A stretch of DNA of 64,000 nucleotides, taken from the human T2T-CHM13v2.0 reference genome, Homo sapiens. Below, piece by piece: positions 1 through 17,559 of this stretch; position 1 is the first letter of the stretch; each line of letters starts with the position of its first letter. The position numbers and the translations under genes were made by a program. A model generated the notes under the pieces. It was not told the origin of the DNA. It ran no database searches and saw only the letters and a program-made list of their open reading frames with translations. The stretch lies in NCBI RefSeq assembly GCF_009914755.1, contig NC_060926.1; one strand, written 5' to 3'.

Positions 1-1
1 C

Positions 2-433
<432 letters not shown>

Positions 434-484
434 TAGCTCCCACTTTTAAGTGACAACATACGATATTTAGTTTTCCATTCCTGA

Positions 485-869
<385 letters not shown>

Positions 870-1499
870 TAGTATTTCACGTCCTACATTCTTAATCGTT
901 ACATTGGACTTTTGTAAATTATCTGAAAGTAAAAAGGTACTTCAACTGAGGGCTGAGAGATCTGCCTCCTAAAACCATCTGGGGCTCTTGCTCCCTCCAG
1001 CTGTTCCCTCCTCCTGGACTGTTCTTCCCTCAGATTTTATCTTTTGGTTGGGTCCCTCACTTCAAGTGTTTACACAAATTTGACCTTGTTAGTGAGACCT
1101 CCTTGACCACCCTATTTAATAATACTGCAAACCAATCTGTCCAACCTGCTTACTCTGCCCACCCCCCATCTTCTAATAGTACTGTACTTTGTGCTTACCT
1201 AGGCTGTCCCTCTTGTAGCTCCTTGTAATTTCAGACTTTAGAACAGGTATGAATGAAAACGTTCTGAGAACTTTCTCTGCTTGTGGGTGGAGGAAGGAGT
1301 GCACAGTGAAATTGTTCTTCCAATTGCGTCTTCCTTACGTCAGCCATGACACTTGTAGTCACTGCTGCTACCACTTACCAAGGAACTCAGACTCCAGGCT
1401 GCCACTACCTTGCAGGACAATATTAGCTGATGCTTGACCATGTCTATGTAATTTTGTACACAAGACAAAAAAGGGGCAAAAAGTTACTAGCTCCTCCCC

Positions 1500-1680
1500 T
1501 TAGCCAACATTTTGACTTTGGACAAATAAGTTCACCTTTCTGTTTCTCATTTTCTTTATAAACTGAGGCTAATAAATCATAGGTTTGCTGTAGGGATGAA
1601 ATAAGAAAACATATAAAGCACTTAGCATAGCACCTGGCATGTTGTAAGCATTAAATGAGTGGCAGCCATTATTATTATTA
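1500..1680 (+). mobile_element. MIR
   Basis: tgactttggacaaataagtt...aaagcacttagcatagcacctggca core and 3' motifs. Confidence 0.7.
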
Positions 1681-2279
1681 TCTAGCTTTTATGGATGTAT
1701 TTTACACATGGCACAAAATTGTACTTTCATTTATCTCATTTTGACAGTATACCTCTTCTTCTGACCTACAGGTACCTAAATTTAAAGAACAGTTTTTCCT
1801 ACCCTTTCATTGTTGCTAGCCTTTCAAGAGTCTCCTACTTTTTTTGTGCTTTCTCAATTCCTGTATGATGTTTCTAAACTACAATAAATTAAAGCTAGTA
1901 TTTCTTCTCTATTGGAAGGCCAGCTGGTTAAAGACAACATCAAAATATCTATACCTAAATCTGTATGAAATTTTGAAAGACATGATGTATAGTCAACTTA
2001 CAATGGGCTTCATTATACTTGCTTAAAATTATATTTTTATTTGATTTATATTTTCAATGTTTTTTTCTTAAGATAAATGCAAACCAACTTCCATTCTCAA
2101 AGCAAATAAAATAAATGTCAGTATTCCTAGGATCTCCTGAAGAGCTTGGAATGATATGATGTATGCTGTCCCCCATCTGTATGGATGAAGCCAGTTCAGG
2201 AAAACAAAAACAAAATATCTATTTAATTACATTTGGTGTTAATCTTTTCACAAGCAGTCCTGCATTTTCATGGAATTAA

Positions 2280-2335
2280 AAAACATTCTGATGAGAGCTT
2301 TGGTAATAAAACATTCTGATGAGTGCTTTGGTAAT
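2280..2335. repeat. 28-bp tandem duplication
   Basis: aaaacattctgatgag(a/t)gctttggtaat x2. Confidence 0.95.
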
Positions 2336-3074
2336 TTGCTGTATGTGTTTATTTTCACATCTATGCTAGCTATTGATCACAATTTCCAAGCCATTTAGAG
2401 GGAGAAATGCCCTCAGGCCGCTCTTCTGTGTGGCCTACTGCAGACAGCCAAATTACCCCACTGACAGGCCCCTTCCTGCACCCACCCCCACCCACCCAAT
2501 ACCTTATTCTTCACACAGAATGCGACAAGGGCCAAAGGAGAGGGGGACTGGAACATAGGAGTGTGACTAGTACATAGTAGTAGCTCGATAACTGTTGTTG
2601 AATTAATGAATTAACAAATGAACAAATTATGTTTCTAGTACACTATGACTGCTAGTAAGGTCAGAGCTCAATTTGCTATTCCATTGCATCAGCTAGGATA
2701 GTGTCTGATATACCTTATCTCTATTCCTAGTTGTTTTTGAATTTTTATTATCCTGCTTATGGATGCTTTAATATCATAAGCTCCTTCCCATGTTTGGACT
2801 ATGAAACTTAAGAAAGATGTTTCAAGTTCTTGGTACACAAGAAAGGAGAGCTCCTCTCGGGACCATAGGCCAGTTCCAAATGCGCCTTCTTCTAATCATA
2901 GCCCACAGAACTTACTTCTCTTTCCCTTCTTGGGTAGGAGCACTGGAAAGGACATCTTCAATCACTATGGATGTTGACTTATTCTGACAGTGCAGAGCAG
3001 TGTGCCGTAAAATCTGGGGCAGACATTTCCCCCAACTTCCAATATAGAAGAGAAAAAATTACTAAGAAAATCCT

Positions 3075-3389
<315 letters not shown>

Positions 3390-3867
3390 TTAGAGAAATC
3401 AGAGGGTGAATGGTTATATAGAAGCCAGCAGGAAAAGCATCATTAGAGGAGGTGAAGAATCTGAATTAATTGTCCGGGGCTAGGACCTATATCCAAGAAG
3501 GGCAAATGTGTTTAGGAGTAACATAAAACTTAATGTTTTGCCAGATGATGTAGGAAAAATAACTTCTGCCAGACCTTGGTGACTGACTAGATAGGCTGAT
3601 AAAGAGGTGAGCCTATTGAATGAAGCATTTTTAGTATGGCATGATATAGGTGGCCCAGAGTGTCTCGAGTTTGCCCAAGCTTTTTCCTCTCTAAGAACTA
3701 ACCAAGCCTAGTGCTTCTTTGCTCTGAGAGCAGGCGGACATTGGTTTATGGTGGCTAGTTTGTACTAGGTAGAAAGGCAAAAGAGGGAATGCTACATGGA
3801 TTAATCAAGGATGTCCAATTCTAAAACAAAGGATGCTGAGATGACAAGAAAGGCCAAGGAAGAACTA

Positions 3868-3985
3868 TTGAGATTGTAAATGCCCTGAGAGCAGGGACCT
3901 TTTCTGTCTTGTTCACTGCTCTGTTTCCAGCTCCTAGACTAGGGCCTGACACATGGCAGATAGAGTAAGTAAGTTTGAATGACTA
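3868..3985 (+). mobile_element. L2 3' end
   Basis: agattgtaaatgccctgagagcagggacc...gttcactgct...cctgacacatgg. Confidence 0.75.
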
Positions 3986-4839
3986 CATTAATAGGAGAAA
4001 CTTTTGAAAGATAAAATGCAAGGTCAATTATATGCAACGGTTGTTGCTATAGCAATGATATTCGTGCCTAGATTCTTCCCCATATCCTTCCTGAATATTT
4101 TAAGATAAGTATATATAAAAGGAATATGATGGATACTCATAAATCATAGGATATGGCTGCTATGACTTATGGGATGGGACAGATGAGAACTTGGTATATT
4201 TACGAGAAAGGGAACTGCATAGCCTCTGAGAAGTTGGGTAGTCCTGTGTAGACCACTCACTTATTTCTACCAGGCCAAGAGGCAAATAAAGCTGACCTGA
4301 TATACTTTTGTGTCTTAATCTCTATGTTTTAACTCTAAGGGGTGGGAGAAGCCAGTGGCTAGGGAAAGACAGAGGTTTTAGGATTAACATCACAATATTA
4401 GCTACAGAGATTTTACCTAGAAGTAACTGGAGCCTCATTTGTGTTTTGAATTTCCATAAGGGAGGGTTTGATATACTGCCAGATCAGTACTGGCTTTGGT
4501 GTCTGAAAGCTTTTTGGGAGAGTGGCTCTGGTCACTAGTAGAGGCTTTTCAGTGGGACTGGGAGGAGTTAGGTAGAACTTTGGATTTGGGTATAAAGGGA
4601 CTTGTAAAACTCAGTCAAAATGCTTACAGTCTGGCAAAGGTAGCTCTTCAGGCTCTGGTAAGGGTTATCTATAATCTCTGTGGAATATCTTAGAACACAT
4701 GGGATTAGGGGAGTTACATGATCAATGGAATAGGCAATTCATTCACCTGTCAGTCACAGAGATCTTACTTCTAGGGAAAATCTGAAATTGGAGGACTTAC
4801 TCTGTTACATGAATCAAAGATATGACCTTGAAAAATGGG

Positions 4840-5010
4840 AGTAACCATGGCACCAGTGAGTGAGTCAGTGATTTGGGAGGGGAAACTGGTTTGGGAAGAA
4901 GGATTATCATTTCGGTTTTAGAAATTCTGAGTTTAAAGCTACAGCACATGTTGAAATTTGTAGTAGACAGCTGGGAGGAACTAATGGAAGCTTAGGTGAG
5001 AAGACAAGTT
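4840..5010 (-). mobile_element. L2 fragment
   Basis: Purine-rich L2-like motifs (ggtttgggaagaagg...ttcggttttaga...gacagctggg). Confidence 0.45.
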
Positions 5011-5971
5011 AGGGGTTGTTAGCTCTGTTTTCTTCTTTGTCCAACTCCTCTGAGAAAGCAGAAAGTAAAGATGCCAGCTTTAGTCTGTGGCTACTTAGTT
5101 TTTAGGCCCTTTACCTATTTTTAGTCTAAGACATTGCTGGGATACATCAAATGGGGAGAGCACAAGCAGTTGCATCTATTTATGAGAAAGAACAAGTCTA
5201 AAGAATGAGAGTCACGGAGAAGCAATTTTCTTTGCATTTTATTTTTATTTTTATTTTTTGAGAACTTCTCATTATTACCAAGCTTCTGTCAGGAAATATG
5301 TACTAGAAGCCAAACAAAATTATTTCATTGCTTACGGTGAAATGTACCAGGGGTGCTGATGGGCAAAAAAGAGCGCCTCATATGAAACACCAAATGTTCC
5401 AGTAATCCTGCTCCAAACCATGCCCGTTTACTTAAAATTTCTTTCACAGTTCACGTTAGACTCATGCAGTAAATAAATTAAGTACCTTTCCCACTGCGAG
5501 TTTTTTAGAAACACTTAATGAAGTAAATGCCACAGTGTTAGGCCAGGGGGAAGCCATGCAGTTAAATTATTTTTAGCATGCATTTTCTAGTTTAATTTTT
5601 GTTGGTTTCTTTTGATCTGGGCTTGAGTCTTAGCCAGATAGTGTGATTCAGGGGACAGAGGACATGGATGAAAGAGAGGTTTGTCTTTACTGCCTAGTGA
5701 ATATAACTAAGGGAAGCTTCTTTTTTTTCCCAAATGTTAAAAAATTTTGTCGCTCTCTAAATATATTTAGGATTGCCTCTCTAAATATCAAAATAATTCT
5801 ATTTGGGATAGCTATAAAGAGATATACTATTAACTCATTACCCTTGAATATTTAGAAAAGCTCTGTATGTTTAATTTTAATTATATGGCCTTTCAATAAA
5901 AGTATTATATATGCTATTTTTAAAATACTTAAAAACATAAGATTATTTTAAATATAGTTTAATCTTTCTAA

Positions 5972-6323
<352 letters not shown>

Positions 6324-8954
6324 TGAGAATTAAATGATTATTATATTATAAATGTGCATAAGTGTTTGTTAATGAAATTTCTGATTAATATTTCCTTTTA
6401 AAAAAACAGGAACTATAACCACATTCTTTTAATAGCTAAAAGCATTTGTTAAAGTGACCAAAAATAATTGTTTCAAAAATTTTTTTTTGAATGAAGACAA
6501 TGCAAAAATGTATCAGAGAAGATACACTGTGTCTGGAAACAATCTGTGTCTAGAAAGAAGTCTTCAATTTTGATTAATATGTTTTATGAGCAACTTAAGA
6601 ATTAATGCAATATGTTAGGTAAAATACAGCAATAATTTTTCATTGCTAAATTGTTCAGCAGACTCTCCTAATTTTCAAGGGGTGTGCTGTTGTGAGTATG
6701 GGATTTTATTCTGAAGGAACAAAAACCAAAGTCAAAAAGATGGTTTCCTTTTTGCACAGAACTCTCTAATACCTCTGTCACTATCTCAACAGGGAGTGGT
6801 GCTTCTTATTTTAACTTGAAGAGTATAGTGAGGACTGTCCAGCCTTTCTGCAATCTCCAAGTAATCAGAAAGTATTGAAAGGTGTAATAGGAACAAAGTG
6901 GAAAACGGCAGTATCCTCAAGTTACAGGCCAAATTGGTAACCCTAAGAGAAAGATTTTGACAGCCATAAATATTTCATCTCTCAAGGCCCTGATGCTACT
7001 GTGTGAGAACAATTTAGTTAGAAAGATCATCAACAATTAGTTGACATCTCTATCACACCTATTACTGAGTTGAAATTTCACTGACATGAATAATAAGGGG
7101 TCTTGTTTGACATTTAGCAGTTTAATTAATTTGTTTCCTAAAGTGAATGATGTTTTACACTGTGATTTTTCAATACCCCGTCTCCATACACTTGAATTTT
7201 TTTATTTTGCTTTTCTTGGGGAAACCAGTTAATTTTCCTTTTCACTTAACAAACTACCTACCCATCTTGGCTCTGGTGCCAGCCAGTGTTTTGTGGGGCT
7301 TAGGGGGCGGGGATAGTGTGGGGAAATTGAGGAAGTGCTGCAGATCATCCTCTACTATTCAATTTTGGAGGAGAGATAATGTAGGAGTATGGAAAAGGAA
7401 AACAAAAACACTTTTTTTTTTCAAGAAAATTTAGTACTTTTTGGCATTATTGTTAGACAAAAATACAAGTCTTGTCTCTCTGGTTATTCTAGTCATCGAG
7501 AATCAACAAGGAAGGGGCCGTTATGGGTAGTCATTGCCTGCCATGTGGCATAACTATTTGCATTATTCTTTATATATTACTGGCTTTATTGGTTTCTGTA
7601 CACCTTCAAGATATGTTGTATATTAATGTGATTTCTGTAATGCTATTTTTGAAAATAAAAAACATAATGTTTGCTAAAGGTCACTTCTAAAACAGCTGAT
7701 GTGAAAGTAGGAGGAATAATCCAATGTAACAATAGAACACATGAATCTACTGTATATTCTTACAGATAAAAATAGACTTTTGAAAAATTAGTCAACTCAA
7801 TTAAATTATTTACTCTAATTACCTCTATACAAACCCCTAAATACCTACCTTAAGCTGCTTCCCTTTGCAGAGTTTTTTAAAAACCGAAGATATGTGGAAA
7901 AGCTATTTCTCTCCCACTCTAAACTGTAGGTCATGAAGGTAAATGATATTCTGTATTAGCCAGAGTGCAAGTGTCCTTAACTACCTGATGATGATGTATA
8001 TTTCTGATGGATGGGGCTTAGCTAGGTAGACGTACCCAGATGAAATCAAGTGAGTGCATATTCATGACACATGTGAGTGGGAAGAATGTCTTAGAACATG
8101 TCATGCTGAAGAGACAATGCTGAAGTGTTGAAGGTTGAATGTTAAAAGGGGAAGATAGGCTCCAGCTTTTGGAGGAAAGGCAGTCCAGTATATACCTACC
8201 ATAATGATACTTCTTTCCGTGTTGTCGGTTCTTATTTTATAATGGTGTCTAAAAAATAAACAGGTACCACTACTTTACTAACCTGCTTTTAGACCAAATG
8301 TAATGAAAGTGATACGGAACTGATTTTTAACTATTGAACCTCTAGGATAGATGAACTCTTAATGCTATCACAAACCACCATGAGATACTTCAGCATAATA
8401 GAGTGCTAGCAAAGTTGAAATTGCTGCTATTGTGTATCTCAGACTTGTTAAAGCTGTTCCAGACTCATGGTGAAATAGATTGCTTTCTTCTACTGGTGGA
8501 CATTGAACTTTTTCCCTCTATACATGTGTTTATAAACAAACAGTGACATAAACTTTTCCATTGGAACATATTTTGAAGCAGAGATATGTGTTTGTAGAGA
8601 GCATTATATATATCATTTAAATGTATTTTTTTTCCAAAACAAGTTTCCAGGTCATAATTTTGAACCTGTATAATTTTCATTATGATTTTCCTGTCTGAAC
8701 TGAAAGGCCATGCAATAAGTGAAAATATTTTATGTTTATTTTTGTTAAGTACCTCTCCCTCTCTGCCTTAGTACGAGGCATAGCAAGGAAGGATTAAGGA
8801 TAATTTCATAAAGATAATTAAACATAAGCCTTGAGTGACTTCTTTCTATCAGAAAGACTTCAGAAAGGAAAGAGTTGAATTAGCATGGTATGTTTAAAAA
8901 CGAAACAAAACAAAAAAGTGTGACTTAGGACACAGGAGATGTACGTTACTAAAA

Positions 8955-9055
8955 AGTTTTACTATGTGCCGGGCACTGTGCTTCAAACTCAACATGCACT
9001 ATTTCATTTGGTCCCAACAACCCAGTGAGGTAGTTGTATTATCTTAATTTTGTAC
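8955..9055 (-). mobile_element. MIR
   Basis: tactatgtgccgggcactgtgct...caacaacccagtgaggtag. Confidence 0.7.
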
Positions 9056-9058
9056 ATG

Positions 9059-9668
<610 letters not shown>

Positions 9669-9821
9669 CTCAAAGCATTTTAAATTACTATGCAATACTT
9701 CTACTCATCAACCCTCTATCATTAAGTGGTTATATCATCATGAGTGAATTACTTAGGCTTTGAGAGAGGTAATTTCTTTCCCTATTAAGTGATGGTCATG
9801 GTACCTGCTCCTCTTATTTCA

Positions 9822-10420
9822 AATGCAACATGATACAATGGAAAAGGCAATGGACTTAGAGTCAGAGAATATGAATTCAAAGACTGACTCTATTAGTTAT
9901 TAGTTGTATTATCCTGAATTATGCACCTAATCTCTCTGATGTGGTTTGGCTTTGTGTCCCCACTCAAATCTCACCTTGAATTGTAATCCCCATAATCCCC
10001 AAGTGTCAAGGTAGGGACAGGTGGAGGTAATTGGATCATGGGGGCAGTTCCCCCATGCTATTCTCGTGATAATGAGTGAGTCTTATGAGATCTGATGGGT
10101 TTATACATGTCTGGCATTTCCCTTGCTTGCATTCATTCTTTCTCCTGCCGCTCTGTGAAGAGGTGGCTTCTGTCATGACTGTAAGTTTCCTGAGGTTTCC
10201 CCAGCCATGTGGAACTGTGAGCCAATTAAACCTCTTTTCTTTATAAATTACCCAGTCGTGGGCATTTCTTCATAGCAGAGTGAGAACAGACTAATACACT
10301 CTGTAAACTTGGTATCTTCAGCATGTACCATGGGAATAATATCAGCACAACCTATCTCCACAAGGTTGATACTGAAGTTGAAAGTGACATAATGTAGGTG
10401 AATATGGCTTGTGGTAAATG
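9822..10420 (+). mobile_element. MIR split by THE1 LTR
   Basis: tggacttagagtcagag...ctaatctctc [LTR] tg...atgggaataatatc. Confidence 0.65.
9937..10298 (+). mobile_element. THE1 (THE1D-like) solo LTR, ERVL-MaLR
   Basis: TG...CA ends; tgatgtggtttggctttgtgtcccc ... agactaataca; 5-bp TSD ctct(c/g). Confidence 0.9.
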
Positions 10421-10503
10421 GTATGGATTTACGTTTATTAGATGCTCTGCTCATGGTAATACTGTTTTCAACAGCATTTTACAATTTATCTCTTTTATTT
10501 TGA

Positions 10504-10830
<327 letters not shown>

Positions 10831-10960
10831 AGTATCCCAATTTTATAGTTGAGAACACTGAGGCATAACGAGGTTAGGCAACTTGCCTAGAATTATGTAG
10901 CTAATAAGTGGCAGAGCCACTCAGTTTGAATGTAGTAATCTCCCTGCAGATCCCATGCTC
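10831..10960 (-). mobile_element. MIR
   Basis: ttttatagttgagaacactgaggc...aggttaggcaacttgcc. Confidence 0.7.
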
Positions 10961-10989
10961 TCAGCCTTCCATAAAGACAGGTTATAATG

Positions 10990-11130
10990 TCAGCTACTGG
11001 GCTGACTGAGATGGGAGTATCCCTTGAACTCAGGAATTTGAGGCTGCAGAATTTGAGGGTTGTACCATTGCTCTCCAGCCTGGGCAATAGAGCAAGATTC
11101 TGTCTCTAAAAATAAAAATAAAAATAAAAT
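10990..11130 (+). mobile_element. Alu right-arm monomer (FRAM/AluJ fragment)
   Basis: cagctact...ctccagcctgggcaatagagcaagattctgtctct + A tail. Confidence 0.8.
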
Positions 11131-11556
<426 letters not shown>

Positions 11557-11619
11557 CCTCTTTTCATTTCATATTCTATCTGTCTCTGTCTGTCTAAACT
11601 GATACAATTCCTTTAAAAA

Positions 11620-12365
11620 TTTTGTAGGTTTACTGTGTATGTTACAATCTATCACATTAGACAAAAGCCACACTCACTAATAAGCACTTCTCTCTCTTGG
11701 GCTCCTTGTAAACCTGCTGTGGGGCAATCCCCTTAAGATACTTAGAACCCCTATTGTTATCACAGGAGGTCTTCTACACATAGCCTTAAGATCTTCAGAA
11801 GTTCTTTTGTCTGTCTGAAAGGGTTTATAATGCATTACCTTAAATCATTCTGGGGTCATTGAGGGTTTTACAGCCACACTCTGAGATGCTTTCTTGATAG
11901 GACCTGGGATTTTATTTTTACCTTGAAGGCATTTCTTAATTTGAGAAGTATTTCCTGTCTGAAGAGTCTGGGAATGAGAAACAAATTTAGTTTTTTAACG
12001 CAGCAAGTCCTGGATCCTTTACATTACCTCTAAATTTTGTTTGAGAATGGAATAGTTCATTCTTCAGTTCATCTTTCTCCTCTGACATTTTATTATGGGG
12101 AGCAAGAATAAGCCAGGTAGCACTTCCAGTGTTCCACCTGCAGAATTCCTTAGCTAGATCACAAATTTATTAAGTACATTTCCTTTTTTCATACTACCAA
12201 ATTTCAAGCTGTTACACAAGGATCTTCTTTCTCCTAAGTTCCAGTAACATCTTTGTTACATTTTTTATTTATGCTTCAGTGTTAGCCTCTAGAGTACTGT
12301 TCCAAAACTAATGCCATGTGTTTTAGATTTTGTTACAACAGCACCAAACTTTTAGTAATGAAATT
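11620..12365 (-). mobile_element. MaLR (MLT1) internal sequence abutting the LTR
   Basis: ttccaaaac...ttttagattttgttacaacagcaccaaactttt...aaatt resembles the MaLR-int segment adjacent to a 5' LTR. Confidence 0.55.
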
Positions 12366-12544
12366 TGTTCTGGTTAGCTTTGCTGCATTAAAAAAAAAGC
12401 CTACCAATATTAATTGTGTAAAGTCACAACTTTTTAACTTTGCTCATAGATTCTGTAGGTCAAGAATTTGGGATAGTCACAGCAGGCATGTCTCTTCTCT
12501 GCTACATGATGTCTTGGGCTTCTGCTGGGGTCAAGGGGACCCAC

Positions 12545-12904
<360 letters not shown>

Positions 12905-12954
12905 TGACCTAAAGGCTTAACTGGGACCATAGACTATAGAGTACCTGTATATGA

Positions 12955-13325
<371 letters not shown>

Positions 13326-13714
13326 CACAGAGAGCAAGTATTCTAAGAAGATCAAGTACAAGTTGTGTAACCTTTTCTGACCTAGCCTCAGAAGTCACAG
13401 AGCATCACTTCCACTGAACTCTATTGGTCAAAGCAGTCACAAGTCTGCCTAGATTTAAGGGATGGGGACATAGAATATAAAAAAATTGGGGGCTCATGTT
13501 TTAAAACCACCACAGGGGTGGTAAAATTCAAGGATAATACAGTCCATCTTCGTAGCCAGTAACATTACTCCCCAATCCCCCCATCCCATAACCAGGAGTT
13601 GCTTTTTTCCAGGACTAACGTTGGATGCTTGGAGATAATTATTTTATTAAGAATGGGAACATTTCTACCCAAAGGTGCATTATTATTATTGTTTTCCATT
13701 TTGCTAATGGTCTT

Positions 13715-13845
13715 CTCCTTTTTATTTTTCTTCTCTTCTTCCTCTTTCTTCTTTTTTCCTTCTCCTCCTCCTTTCTTTTTTTTCTTCCTCCTCTTCTTTC
13801 CTTTACCATTCTTCTTCCTTCCTCTTCCCTCATCTTCATCATCAA
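13715..13845. repeat. Polypyrimidine (TTC/TCC) low-complexity tract
   Basis: About 130 bp almost purely C/T. Confidence 0.9.
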
Positions 13846-13959
13846 GCAGTGTACACTGGACATCCCTTAGCATCTGTTTTCATTTAGTTTTGCAGTTAGC
13901 TATGCCTTACTTCATGCTCCAGAAATACTTTTTATATCCCTCTGTTAGCCTTTATCTCA

Positions 13960-14112
13960 TTCTGTTGGAATTATTTGTGTATTTACCTGTATGTCACAAT
14001 AACTGGGACTCCTGATGGGCAAAGGCCATGTCCTGTTCATCATTAATCCACCAGGCCTTGGCACAGTACTTGGAATCCAGCAAATGTTTTTGGAATGGTT
14101 AAATCATTGAAT
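13960..14112 (+). mobile_element. L2 3' end
   Basis: gggcaaaggccatgtcctgttcatc...ggcacagtacttgg...aaatgtttttggaatg. Confidence 0.7.
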
Positions 14113-14507
14113 GGTTTTTTTCTGCCTATCTTCTATGCAATAGATATTATGCCTCCTAAGATCTTTTGTTTTTACTTTGAGCAGTTTAAGAGCCTCTCCA
14201 TAAGTGCAAATTTCATAAAAAAAAAAAAAAAACTTAGCTTGTTAATCATCCCTTTTGTATTATTTTCATTAAATATTCATTTAAAGCCTTTTATTTTATA
14301 TGAGGATAAGTGAGATTAAGATAGCACACGTTAGTAGTTATAGTAGTAGTAATACTGGAAATTTTTCAGGCATTTATATAAATTTTATAGGTTAGATGAC
14401 ACAAAATATATAGTAAATTAGATTATTATTTTAGAACTGTTCATGTTTAGCTTGTTGATGACTGAAATCCAACAGTAACTATTATAAAATTGTCCTAAAA
14501 TTACTAA

Positions 14508-14804
<297 letters not shown>

Positions 14805-14894
14805 GAGATATTCTTTTCTTTTGAAAATATTACTATACATTTTCACAGAATAAATTTTAATTGTTTCTAGTTTTTTGAGTATAAGCTGGTTTAT

Positions 14895-15062
14895 ACCATC
14901 GTATGTCATGCAGTTCTTTTCATCATCTTATTAGGTGGGAATTAGTGTACTTATTTTATAGATGAGAAACTGAGGCTGGAAGAGGGTAATTCATTTGTAT
15001 GAGGTCAACAGCTAATAAGTAGCTGAGCTAAGATTCAAATCTGGATCTATCAGACCCAAAAG
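14895..15062 (-). mobile_element. MIR
   Basis: ttttatagatgagaaactgaggct...gattcaaatc. Confidence 0.75.
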
Positions 15063-15098
15063 CCTCTTAAGCAATATGCCTCTTTCCCAAGAATTCTT

Positions 15099-15399
15099 TT
15101 CTTTTCTTTTCTTTTATTATTATTATACTTTAAGTTTTAGGGTACATGTGCACAATGTGCAGGTTAGTTACATATGTATACATGTGCCATGCTGGTGTGC
15201 TGCACCCATTAACTCGTCATTTAGCATTAGGTATATCTCCTAATGCTATCCCTCCCCTCTCTGGATTAAGAAAATGTGGCACATATACACCATGGAATAC
15301 TAGGCAGCCATAAAAAATGATGAGTTCATGTCCTTTGTAGGGACATGGATGAAATTGGAAATCATCATTCTCAGTAAACTATCACAAGGACAAAAAACC
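15099..15399 (-). mobile_element. Young L1PA (PA2-4-like), 5'-inverted (twin-primed)
   Basis: Antisense 3' end 15099-15260 joined to sense segment 15261-15399; 20-bp TSD cctctttcccaaga(a/t)ttctt at 15079-15098 and 15398-15417. Confidence 0.92.
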
Positions 15400-15581
15400 T
15401 CTTTCCCAAGATTTCTTAAGCAATATGCCTCTTTCCCAAGATTTCAAAGTGAAATTTTGTCCCAATAAATTGAACATAATCTGAATAATTTTATGAAATT
15501 AATATTGTCTGCCTAGAAAATGTATAATGCTAAGAGCATTCACTAGTAATTTCCTATTTTTATACATGTAGATATAAAATT

Positions 15582-16088
15582 TCTATTAGGGTTCTACAGA
15601 GAAATAGAACCAGTAGAGTATATATAGATGGATATACAGAGAGAGATTTATTATGAAGACTTGGCTCAGGCAGTTATGCAGGCAGAGAAGGCACAATCGA
15701 TTGTCTGCAAGCTGGAGGCCCAGAAAAGCTGGTCATATAGTTCCAGTCCAGGCCCTAGGGACCAAGAACCAGGTGGCCAGCAGTGCAAGTCTGTAAGTCC
15801 TGGTCTGAGTCCGAAGGTCCAAGAACTGGGAGTCCTGTTTGAGGGCAAGAGGACGGATGCCCCAGCTCAGGTAGAGAGAGAGCAAATTCACCCATCCTTT
15901 GTCTTTTCCCTCTGTTTGGGCCCTCAACTGATTGGATGATGCCCACCTACACTGGCAAGGGCGATTTTTTTTACAGTCTACTGATTCAAATGCTAACCTT
16001 TTCTGGAGGGTTCCCAGGCACACCCCAAAATAGTATTTTATCAGCTATCTGGGAATCCCTTAGTTTATGCATAAAATTAACTATTACA
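15582..16088 (-). mobile_element. MLT2 (HERV-L) LTR
   Basis: tattagggttctacagagaaatagaacc ... aaaattaactattaca. Confidence 0.85.
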
Positions 16089-16104
16089 AAAGCCCCCAAA
16101 TATT

Positions 16105-16797
<693 letters not shown>

Positions 16798-16929
16798 CTT
16801 GTTTAATGTCAAATCTTTAATATCCTACAATATTTTAAAGATTTACTCACTGAGACAATAATAGAGCTTTAAGAAGCAGCAGTGTTCTGATTTTGTGCAA
16901 CATGTTCATGAGTGTTTTACAGTTCCTTT

Positions 16930-17270
16930 TTTTCTTTTTAAAATACTTCATTTTTTAGAACAGTGTTAGGTTCACAGGAAAATTAAACACAAAGTACAGA
17001 GCATCCTCATGACCCCCTCCTCCCACATGTGTACAGCCCCCCCCCCATTATCAATATACTCAATGTTTGTTACATTTGTTACAATTGATGAACCTACCTT
17101 GACACATTATCACCCAAAGTCTATAGTTTACATTAGGGATTACTCTTCCTCTTTTGACATTCTGAGTTTTGACAAATGTATAAATGACATGTATTTGCCA
17201 TGACTGTATCATAGAGAATAGTTTCAGTGTCCTAAAAATCTTCTGTGCTTCACCTATTCGTTCCTTGTAG
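16930..17270 (-). mobile_element. L1MB/MC 3' end fragment
   Basis: tttgttacaattgatgaacctacc...cacccaaagtctatagtttacattaggg. Confidence 0.75.
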
Positions 17271-17559
17271 TTCTTTTAAAAACTACAGAATTACAGAAAT
17301 TCGTCGTGGGAAGGTATTGAGAGATTATTTGGTGCAGCAAACCAGTTGGGAAGGATGTAGTCAAAATTCCCAGTCTCTTCAGCTGAATTTGTCCCTTTCT
17401 TTCTTTTGTTGATTGTCATAAATATAAGCATTTTTTTTCTTTTTTTGTAGTTTCCCCTTTCTTACCACAAAGGGTCATTTCCTAACTTAGAATGAGCCAG
17501 GCAACAAATTTTAGAATTTAACAAGAAAACAGTTATTTCCTTAGTTCTTGTTTTATGAA

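Noticed and set aside
2280-2335. CTGATGAG hammerhead core, twice
   Set aside because: No stem II/GAAA or flanking helices; a simple tandem duplication
13565-14015. K/E/R-rich and F/L/S-rich overlapping ORFs
   Set aside because: Artefacts of the TTC/TCC low-complexity tract
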